Assembly: GCA_002327235.1 (NCBI GenBank)
Contig: DCUX01000004.1
Span: 93,553-157,552, forward strand
Direction of reading: 5' to 3'
DNA length: 64,000 nt
DNA from: Firmicutes bacterium UBA2203
GTDB taxonomy: Bacteria; Bacillota; Desulfotomaculia; Desulfotomaculales; Nap2-2B
In this document: positions 56,865 through 64,000 of the stretch, piece by piece
Layout of the letters: every line of letters starts with the position of its first letter
Position numbering within the stretch: position 1 is the first letter of the stretch
The notes under the pieces: model-generated
What the model was told of the DNA's origin: nothing
The model's input: the letters and a program-made list of their open reading frames with translations, nothing else
Databases searched by the model: none
Made by a program: the position numbers and the translations under genes

Positions 56865-57227
56865 ATGCCAAAATTTGTGATTGATGAGGATATGCCTCGT
56901 TCTACAGGAGCGATTCTTAAAGAGCATGGATATGATATTAGGGATATTCGGGACCATGGCCTTCGCGGAGCAAAGGACGAAGAAATTTATAAGTTTGCGC
57001 AAAGAGAACAAGCGGTGATTCTTACAGGCGATAGAGGTTTTGGCAATATTCTGCGGTTTCCATTAGGAAATCATTTTGGAATCGTCGTTACGCACTTTCC
57101 TAATGAAATGTTAACCATGGAGATGAACCACCAGCTTCTGGAAAGATTTAAGGATCTGTCGGAAGAGGACTTCAAAGGAAATCTAATAATCGGAGAACCA
57201 AGAAAGATAAGGATTAGAAGAAGATGA
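56865..57227 (+). CDS. DUF5615/COG4634 PIN-like putative toxin
   Basis: MPKFVIDEDMPRSTGAILKEHGYDIRDIRDHGLRGAKDEEIYKFAQREQAVILTGDRGFGNI. The start was chosen at the ATG 5 nt after the DUF433 stop rather than the longer ORF-track start. Confidence 0.8.
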   Translation: MPKFVIDEDMPRSTGAILKEHGYDIRDIRDHGLRGAKDEEIYKFAQREQAVILTGDRGFGNILRFPLGNHFGIVVTHFPNEMLTMEMNHQLLERFKDLSEEDFKGNLIIGEPRKIRIRRR

Positions 57228-57255
57228 AATGAAGTGTAATCGAGCAAAACGTCGC

Positions 57256-57835
57256 CTAACACTTGGGATTGGTTGCGCAGTTACCTGGAAAAAAACCTTC
57301 ATCACAAATAAAGATAAAGGCAAATAATAGGTACTGTGTTCGGGTAAGCCTAAAACATTTCAGCAGTTTGGTTTTCCGGTTCCGGTTGCTTAAAAAACCA
57401 TAATACCTGATTTTTTGAAAACCGGAAGGAAGGACATGAAGAAGAAACCTCCGGATAAACTCTATAGCCTCAAGGGTCATTAGTTTCATTTTATTATGAT
57501 CATGAGAGTCCCGGTATCGGAAAGTAACCGTCGAAGTAAATCAATTGAAACCAACCGGTTATTGTAAATAGCGGTCTTATGAGTATACCGGCTTAAATAC
57601 TCCACCACCCGATAAGTCTCCTGAAAAGGCTTTTTTCAGTATACAACTTAAGGCAAGTATCATTTAGGGAAGCAATTAAAGAAAGAAAACCGGATTCATT
57701 GGAATATGGAGGAAGAGACTCTCCGGTAAATCTTAGCAGATGATTATCGAAAGCCTTTTTTAAATAAAAAAGAAACTTACCCCGGAATACAGGCAACTTC
57801 GTTTATCCGCAAAACGTCAGCGTTCATGCTAAGAG
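57256..57835 (-). mobile_element. IS91-family (HUH Y2, rolling-circle) transposase pseudogene, middle and C-terminal parts in three frames
   Basis: Fragments read VFRGKFLFYLKKAF, LSRYTHKTAIYNNRLVSID (own translation of 57490-57592) and MKLMTLEAIEFIRRFLLHVLPSGFQKIRYYGFLSNRNRKTKL. Confidence 0.8.
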
Positions 57836-57844
57836 ATACTCAAT

Positions 57845-59272
57845 ATGAAAAACATGAATGAGCAAATAAAAATATCGAGATTAACAAATACAAATACATT
57901 AGTAATTGCATTCTTCTGTTTAATATTTGGATTGATTTCTTTTATAATTAGATTTTATTTAAATTTTTCACAAGAATTAATTCCAGGAGTTAATGGTGGA
58001 TACTATCCTTTACAAGTAAGAACACTTCTTGCCTTTGGATATTTGGGTTTTTCCGATATGCCATTATTGTTCTATCTTAATGCAATGATTATAAAGATAA
58101 TCTCATTATTTGGGTTTGCAATTACTGATGCTCTAATTTTACATGTGGTTAAATTTACCGATAGTATATCCATTCCGTTAATAGTTTTTCCTCTTTTTAA
58201 AATGATAAGAATAAATACGATGTCCTTACCAAAATCAATTTCACTAAGTATAATAGGATTTTCCATTTTATCGTTTAACCCACTACTACTAAATTCAGAT
58301 TTACAAAAAAATTCTTTAGCTATCCTATTTTTAATGGGTTTTATTGCATTTGCATCATCTTTTCAACAGAACAAAAAAAGAATAAGTATTTTTTTATCAA
58401 CTCTTTTTCTAATACTAACTGGACTTACACATTTCGGAACTTTTTCTTTTGCTCTGTTTTATCTTTTTCTGACTATGGTATTTCTCTATCGTAAAAAGGC
58501 TGTCATTCCAGTTCTTCTAATTTTTACATTGGGTATCATGCTTATCGGTATTTTTGATAGTTCAAGGTTTTTCCGGATATTCACTTTTGGCTTGGAATTA
58601 TTTGATAAGCCAGCTCTCATTTACGGTGCTTTAATGCCTCCCGATTTTATCCTTGTTTTATTTTCATACATACTGGCAGTCATAGGAATTATTACCCTCA
58701 GAAAAAAGGGAGGATTAATGTCAAATAACCAAAAGGCTGTTCTTTTTTCCAGCATTGTTTGTTTGTTAGTTCTGTCATTTCCGTTGTTTGGTAGTGAGTA
58801 TTTTAAAAGGTTAAGCCTCTTTTTGTTTATTCCCCAAATTATTTTGATGCTTACATTGGCACAATTTTTAAAATTGGGTACGCTTAAAACAATGGCTATC
58901 ACTTTTCTTACGATAACTTTGTTGTCGGTATTGGCGATTTTCGGACATCCGAAAGAAGTTGTTATTGACCACGAAGCATATTTAAATTTAAAAAATCTGA
59001 ATTCAATTATTTCAAGTGATGATAAAACAATTGTGATAGCGAGACACGGACTTGAGTGGTGGACAGCATGGGCATTAAAAACAAAGGTAGCCCAGGACAA
59101 AGCGGTTGATTATAATTTGCTTATGAATTACAATAACATTTATTTTCTCAATCAGAAAAAAGGCTTTAACTCAGGCCATGAAAGAACACTATTTCATGAA
59201 CCAACTTTTCCTGAAAACGCAGGTTTAATATATTCTTCTGATTATTTTAATGTTTACAAGTGGAAAAAATGA
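57845..59272 (+). CDS. Polytopic membrane protein (about 11-13 TM) with a small C-terminal soluble domain; possibly a GT-C-fold (ArnT/PMT-like) glycosyltransferase
   Basis: 475-aa uninterrupted ORF. Composition is strikingly A/T-rich compared with neighbouring sequence. The hydrophobic segments are arranged as in GT-C enzymes. No catalytic motif could be verified by eye. Confidence 0.7.
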   Translation: MKNMNEQIKISRLTNTNTLVIAFFCLIFGLISFIIRFYLNFSQELIPGVNGGYYPLQVRTLLAFGYLGFSDMPLLFYLNAMIIKIISLFGFAITDALILHVVKFTDSISIPLIVFPLFKMIRINTMSLPKSISLSIIGFSILSFNPLLLNSDLQKNSLAILFLMGFIAFASSFQQNKKRISIFLSTLFLILTGLTHFGTFSFALFYLFLTMVFLYRKKAVIPVLLIFTLGIMLIGIFDSSRFFRIFTFGLELFDKPALIYGALMPPDFILVLFSYILAVIGIITLRKKGGLMSNNQKAVLFSSIVCLLVLSFPLFGSEYFKRLSLFLFIPQIILMLTLAQFLKLGTLKTMAITFLTITLLSVLAIFGHPKEVVIDHEAYLNLKNLNSIISSDDKTIVIARHGLEWWTAWALKTKVAQDKAVDYNLLMNYNNIYFLNQKKGFNSGHERTLFHEPTFPENAGLIYSSDYFNVYKWKK

Positions 59273-59303
59273 CTTATATTAAAGAGCACGAAACACTAAC
59301 AGC

Positions 59304-59411
59304 GTGTATAAGTAATGGCGGGGTTTGTAGCGTATTCGAGCGTTCTACTTCTCATCAAGTTTTGTGTATCTTGATAGGAAAGTGCTCCGAAGTCCGCCAC
59401 TACTCATACAC
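59304..59411 (-). other. Long-range 18-bp stem structure (candidate structured RNA or mobile-element end)
   Basis: GTGTATAAGTAATGGCGG (59304-59321) pairs with CCGCCACTACTCATACAC (59394-59411). The two non-Watson-Crick positions are A.C on the plus strand but G.U on the minus strand. Confidence 0.55.
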
Positions 59412-59593
59412 GTAACCATTGCACTAAACCGCTTCGCGGTGGTTTTCAGCATACCATCACCTGCTCTTTGAAAATTGAATAGTTTCTGGCCATAGCCTGT
59501 TTTTAGGGAGGCTCCATATTCATTTTTTGAGATTAGCAGCTCCCAGGTTATAATCTCCTTTGGGAAAAGTTACTTACTAACCATTAAAGAAGA

Positions 59594-59752
59594 AACCTTT
59601 GGGAAAGAGGTTTTTGAGACTGAAGAGATTATGGAAACCTTTGTTGCAGAAGTGGCAGTGCAATGAAATTCCCAAGAGAAGCTCCTAAGCGAAAGGTCAT
59701 AAAAACATTGGAAAGTCTTAGTTTTAGAATTGTGCTGTTGATGATTATATAG
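59594..59752 (+). pseudogene. hicB C-terminal fragment plus truncated hicA-like ORF; remnant copy 2
   Basis: About 115 nt is nearly identical to 56510-56622. The hicA part reads MKFPREAPKRKVIKTLESLSFRIV before truncation. Confidence 0.65.
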
Positions 59753-59787
59753 CTGATGATTATATAACAGAAAATAATTCAGTATTA

Positions 59788-60530
59788 AGGAGTGGATTCC
59801 CGCAAGGAGGGTCACTGGAGTTTGCCAGAGCCATTGAGAGACAGTGTTTAAACATGGGAGCAAAGATTGGTTATAAATGCCGGGTGGCAAAGATTCTGGA
59901 AGAAAACGGCCGGGCATTGGGTATTCAGCTGGTTGACGGCAGGGAAATCAGGGGAGATTATATCATCTCTGCCGCAGACTTAAGGACAACACTTTATGAG
60001 ATGCTGGATGGCAAGCATATTGACCCAATTCATCAAGAACTGTTCCATAGCTGTAAGATACTCCCGTTCTTGGTTCAGGTCTCCTTCGGGGTCAATATGG
60101 ACTTTCTGCCCAACCCAAATGCCTTGGTGAATGTTATAAAGCCTCATTTTTGAAGGACTGGAAAGCGGATTGGACGGTGATGAAGAATTATTGTTTCGAC
60201 CCCACCCTGACTCCGCCGGGAAAGTCTGTTGTGGTGACCGGTTTTACAACTGATGACTATCCATACTGGGAACAATTAGCAGCCAATAAGGACGCCTATC
60301 AAGATGAGAAAGAGAGAATAGCCGCGGTATTTGCCGATGAACTTGAGCGCAAGTATCCCGGCTTTAAATCTGCCATTGAAATGACCGATGTCGTTACCCC
60401 GATGACCTACGTCCGCTATACCGGAAACTGGAAGGGCGCGTTTATGACTTGGGTCATCTCGCCGGATAAGGTAAAACGGTTCCGGACAATCCCAAAGACA
60501 GTCCCGGGACTGGATAACCTCTGGCTCTTC
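59788..60530 (+). pseudogene. Phytoene-desaturase-family (CrtI-like) FAD oxidoreductase fragment: N-terminus missing, internal frameshift, C-terminus cut at the hsdM stop
   Basis: GFPQGGSLEFARAIERQCLNMGAKIGYKCRVAKILEENGRALGIQLVDGREIRGDYIISAADL. Frame change near 60150. ...TVPGLDNLWL ends at about 60527. Confidence 0.7.
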
Positions 60531-61993
60531 TATAGATGGTTTTCCCCTAAATCAGCGCAAATGGTGCTAAACTGCTCTAGGGCAGATTCAAGGTTTTCCG
60601 TAATATCTCTGGCCAGCAAATCAGGAGGGGGGAGGTTTTCGGAGTCTTCCAGGCTTTCGTCTTTGAGCCAGAATATATCTAGGCTTACTTTGTCCCGCTG
60701 GATTAACTCCGCGTAAGCAAAGGCTTTAAAGCGCTCTGTTTGGCGCCGGGTAAAGCGGTTTCCCGGGTGGTGGCATTGAATAAAGTCTTGCAAATCTTCA
60801 AAACGCAAAGGGTTTGTTTTTAAGGTGAAGTGCATATTGGTTCTTAAATCATAAACCCAAAGCTTTTCTGTCCAGGGTTTTTCGCGGGCCGGTTTTCGAT
60901 CAAAGAAAAGCACGTTTGCCTTGACGCCTTGGGCATAAAATACACCTGTGGGAAGCCTTAAAAGAGTGTGCACATCACATTCGGCCAGCAATTTTTTTCT
61001 TATTGTTTCCCCAGCTCCTCCTTCAAAAAGGACATTATCGGGTACGACAATACCGGCTTTGCCGTTGATTTTTAAAAGTGTTTTGACGTGCTGGAGAAAA
61101 TTCAACTGCTTGTTGGAGGTGGTGGCCCAGAAATCCTGCCGTTCGTAAATCAGCGGTTCATGAGCGGCTTTTCCCCCGTTATTCACAATGGTGATACTGC
61201 TTTTTTTGCCAAAAGGCGGATTGGTCATCACCAGGTCAAAACGCTCGCCCGGGTCGGAAATTAGAGCATCCCCCGCCTCAATGGGGCTCTCATTCCCTCC
61301 AATCCCGTGCAGGTATAGATTCATGACGCAAAGTCTGACCACATTATCGACAATATCTTTTCCTTTAAAGGTATTAAATTTAAGGAACTTTTTCTGCTCG
61401 ACATCCAGTGGATAGTTTTTGGCTATATAATCATGGGCGGCTAAAAGAAAGCCCCCGGTGCCGCAGGCTGGGTCGTAAATGGTCATTCCCGGCTGGGGCT
61501 GGATAACCTCTACCATGGCTTTAATTAAGGGTCGGGGCGTAAAATACTGCCCGGCCCCGCTTTTTACATCCTCGGCATTTTTCTGTAAAAGTCCCTCGTA
61601 GATTTCCCCTTTAACGTCAATATCCATGCCCATCCAGGTTTCCGCGTTAATAAGTTCAATCAGACGTTTGAGCTTGGCCGGGTCTTGGATTTTATTTTGT
61701 GATTTCCTGAAAATAACCCCCAACATACCCGGTTCGACGCCCAGGGCTTCCAGAGTGCGGCGGTAATGGGTTTCCAGTTTGTCGCCGTCCTTAGAAAGGA
61801 GGTTTGGCCAGGCAAAGTCTTTGGGGATGGTAGACGGCTTATTAAAGGGCGGTTTTGTCTGCTCATCGGCCATTTTTAAAAATAAAAGATAGGTTAGTTG
61901 TTCAACGTAATCGCCGTAGCTTACCCCGTCATCCCGCAGAACATGACAGTAATTCCAGAGACGCTGCACAATGGCGGCCGATTCATTGGGCAT
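60530..61993 (-). CDS. hsdM: Type I restriction-modification system methyltransferase subunit
   Basis: HsdM N-terminal domain (IVQRLWNYCHVLRDDG), motif I DPACGTGGFL and motif IV NPPFG. Confidence 0.95.
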   Translation of the reverse strand: MPNESAAIVQRLWNYCHVLRDDGVSYGDYVEQLTYLLFLKMADEQTKPPFNKPSTIPKDFAWPNLLSKDGDKLETHYRRTLEALGVEPGMLGVIFRKSQNKIQDPAKLKRLIELINAETWMGMDIDVKGEIYEGLLQKNAEDVKSGAGQYFTPRPLIKAMVEVIQPQPGMTIYDPACGTGGFLLAAHDYIAKNYPLDVEQKKFLKFNTFKGKDIVDNVVRLCVMNLYLHGIGGNESPIEAGDALISDPGERFDLVMTNPPFGKKSSITIVNNGGKAAHEPLIYERQDFWATTSNKQLNFLQHVKTLLKINGKAGIVVPDNVLFEGGAGETIRKKLLAECDVHTLLRLPTGVFYAQGVKANVLFFDRKPAREKPWTEKLWVYDLRTNMHFTLKTNPLRFEDLQDFIQCHHPGNRFTRRQTERFKAFAYAELIQRDKVSLDIFWLKDESLEDSENLPPPDLLARDITENLESALEQFSTICADLGENHL

Positions 61994-62315
61994 AGATTAC
62001 TTCTCCCTCTCTAGCGTATTCAGCAATAAGTGAAGTCCCCCGGTCAAATTCTTCAGGGGTCAAGGTAATAATATCAAAAGGGATTATAAACTTCTTGATG
62101 GTCATGATCTCAGGCTCTTTTGTAAGTTCTGCCCGCTCAAAAATGTCTTTACCTTCAAAATCTCTTGAGATAATAACAATGTCTATATCACTTTCTTCTG
62201 TTGCCTTTTCTTTTGAATATGAACCAAAAAGGATAATCTTTGTTATGCTTAACCCTTTTTCTCTTAAGCAATGTTCTAAAAAGTTAATTGCTTCTATTGC
62301 TGTGTTTTTAACCAT
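61983..62315 (-). CDS. Minimal nucleotidyltransferase (MNT) antitoxin-type protein
   Basis: GS-x10-DIDIVI pattern (LFGSYSKEKATEESDIDIVIIS). 110 aa. Overlaps the hsdM start by 11 nt. Confidence 0.85.
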   Translation of the reverse strand: MVKNTAIEAINFLEHCLREKGLSITKIILFGSYSKEKATEESDIDIVIISRDFEGKDIFERAELTKEPEIMTIKKFIIPFDIITLTPEEFDRGTSLIAEYAREGEVIYAQ

Positions 62316-62476
62316 TGGAGAACCTCCCTGCTTTTTTTAACTATCATTTTAGTTTTTTCTTTATTGTATTCTTTTTGCATTCTTTGTAAATCATCAGGAT
62401 AGTGAGTCGGAATGCTCACTCTATATCGTAATAAGCTTGTTTAAACCATTCTTGCAAGTTTTTCCCCATTAAGCAT
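62294..62476 (-). pseudogene. HEPN-domain toxin remnant (frameshift plus internal deletion)
   Basis: Own translation: MLNGEKLAR, a frameshift, WFKQAYYDIE*, then in a third frame VSIPTHYPDDLQRMQKEYNKEKTKMIVKKSREVLQWLKTQQ*, overlapping the MNT start. The middle of the domain is missing. Confidence 0.5.
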
Positions 62477-62484
62477 TACCTCTT

Positions 62485-63905
62485 TCAAGTTTGTTCTTTT
62501 CTCCTTTTTATCCGCTCTAGCAATTTTTCGGCTGGCTCGTCGTTAGGGTCCTGGGGAACCAGTTTTCCTTCAAAGGCTCTTTTTAAAATACTCATGCGCA
62601 ACCTTTCCGCCTGCTTGAGGCTTTGTTCCACAATTTTTTCAACCTCGTCAGTAATAGAAAAACGGCGCTCAATTTCCTCAACGATTTGGTGCTGCTCGGG
62701 AAGGGATGGGAGGGGAATATAAAAATTACTTATTTTTTGAAAATCAACCCTTGGATGCTGAAATCCACTTACTTGCTGATTGGCATATTTGACAAAATCT
62801 GTTCGCAACAAACGAAACATTACATACTTATTGAAAAGATACTTTGACTGAGAAAAAACAAGAATATCTGTTGAACAAATGCCATCGAAATCTGGAACAC
62901 AAATTTTATTTAAATATGGTCTTAGTTTGCCATAAAGTAAATCGCCGCTATGAAATCTGTTTTTTGTGCTTCGTACTTCATCAGAAATACCATAACTTAA
63001 TAATTTTCCTGTATCTTTTTCAATATGTTCGAGTCCAATATATCGTGTAGGTTGAATATTCAGAGGATTAACTTTTTCGTTAGAAGTTTGCATAATCTCC
63101 CCAACTCTCGTCCACACCCAGCCATCTGGGATTTCAGGTAAATCTGACGTATCCAGTGGCGGTAGTTCTTTATATTTTCCTTTAGCGGCTTTTTTTCGTT
63201 CTGCTTTTATCTGCTCCAAAAGCACGGCGGCAGGCTCCAATTTATTCTTATGGTTTTCCCGCCATTCCTCAGTTAATTTTCCGGCAAAGGCATATTTCAA
63301 AACGGCCTGACGATAACGCTTAAGCTGTGCCTTTACTTTTTTTAGTACCGCAACACCGGCATCCAGCTTAGTAAAAAGCTCCTCAATCCTGGCCACAATG
63401 CGCTGCTGCTCGGCAAGGGGAGGGAGAGGGAGGGGAATTTGTTCTACGTCGGTCTTTCTTACCGAAGGAACTGTGGTAGCTCTGCTATAATTACCGAGCC
63501 TTATTGTAAAAGAAAATAAAAAATAAATAATTCGCTTTGCTCTTGGAAGATACTGTAAACACCCATTATATTATTATCAACGAGGGAATCTTGACCTAAA
63601 ATTACCCTCCTGTTCAATTTTATAGCCTCACCGATTTTTGCAAAAACTATAGTACCGTCATTCAATGGTTTGGCTTTTAACTCCTTGCAATTGCTAGTAG
63701 AGATATAGTTTTCGGCTTTTTTTAAATAAATATTTCCATTCATAACCGCTTTTGAAATATCCCCAACTTTAAAGAAAGGTATTTCGCCTTGCAATTTTCC
63801 CTGATATTTTTCCGGAAAACCATATCCAGAGCATATGTCTGCAACCTCCCCCAGCCTCGTCCACACCCAGCCTTTTATAGGAGGCGAATTAAAATTATTT
63901 TTCAT
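62485..63905 (-). pseudogene. hsdS: Type I R-M specificity subunit HsdS, two TRDs, interrupted by a frameshift in an A/T homopolymer region
   Basis: TRD1 ORF 63501-63905 (GWVWTRLGEVADICSGYGFP...). In another frame the sequence continues ...YFLFSFTIRLGNYSRATTVPSVRKTDVEQIPLPLPPLAEQQRIVARIEELF into ORF 62485-63396, which holds TRD2 (PDGWVWTRVGEIM...) and the distal conserved LPSLPEQHQIVEEIERRF. The shift zone is 63505-63540, containing A6 at 63518-63523. Confidence 0.8.
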
Positions 63906-64000
63906 TCTTTAATTCCTCTAAGACCTTTGAAAAAAGATATTTTAATCGTAGTCTCCATATAACCGTTTTTTCATACATATATTGCCTCTTTTAGAATCTT

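Noticed and set aside
59332-59359. Hammerhead-ribozyme-like string on the minus strand (CUUGAUGAG ... CGAAUAC).
   Set aside because: The core deviates at invariant positions (U instead of C3, GAAU instead of GAAA). No convincing stems I-III can be drawn.
59290-59560. Tried to read this region (minus strand) as the missing N-terminal zinc-binding part of the IS91-family transposase.
   Set aside because: There are a few suggestive strings (SIFKEQ, YAENHREAV). However, all three frames are needed, the expected CxxC...CxxC cysteines are absent, and stops are frequent. It is kept only as an alternative explanation in the corresponding finding.
59570-59917. 115-aa minus-strand ORF.
   Set aside because: It runs antisense across the hicBA remnant and the CrtI-like fragment. 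It is low-complexity with no RBS.

Overview
This is a chromosomal segment of a spore-forming Firmicute of the Clostridia type. Supporting genes are spoVB, a SpoVD-like PBP with PASTA domains, a SleB-like hydrolase, and DUF881/Sbp division genes.

From about 3 to 41.7 kb the window is an almost unbroken minus-strand housekeeping block:
- pfkA with a GT4 glycosyltransferase, then a UPF0182 membrane protein.
- A complete arginine operon, argC-J-B-D-F-G, preceded by and overlapping an EF-G paralogue.
- A full dcw cluster: mraZ-rsmH-ftsL-PBP-murE-murF-mraY-murD-ftsW-murG-murC-murB-murA-divIB-DUF881-DUF881-sbp-ftsZ. No ftsA is present.
- tyrS, a partial PBP1A, an MFS transporter and recN complete the core.

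The most unusual thing I can actually see is that the intercistronic gaps of these essential operons hold at least four families of short hairpin-forming repeats:
- A heptad-array hairpin (GGAGGTT)n/(AACCTCC)n, 3 copies, always ending just before the next gene's Shine-Dalgarno.
- A 28-30 nt perfect GC-rich palindrome, 2 copies.
- A MITE-like element with GTAACTAYTMAGG terminal inverted repeats, 2 copies, one carrying a nested insert.
- A CAGGC-type hairpin, 2 copies.

Several copies reach into coding termini: the murD C-terminus and stop, the murG stop, the GT4 C-terminus and the argF N-terminus. murD also has no canonical start codon upstream of its Rossmann motif.

Two accessory patches follow:
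- 45.0-47.95 kb holds only decayed genes.
- About 54.6 kb to the window end is a defence/mobile-element island. It contains an orphan SPPY DNA methyltransferase, IS91-family transposase wreckage and duplicated hicBA remnants. Between those remnants lie an intact DUF433/PIN-like toxin-antitoxin pair and a very A/T-rich polytopic membrane protein. It also contains a long structured inverted-repeat element, a truncated CrtI-like gene, and a Type I R-M locus in the order hsdS, MNT with a HEPN remnant, then hsdM. That hsdS is frameshifted in a homopolymer and no hsdR is seen.

I do not see a clearly novel multi-gene protein system. The candidates worth follow-up are the repeat families and the island content. 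All functional calls rest on motifs read from the translations, and no database search was possible.
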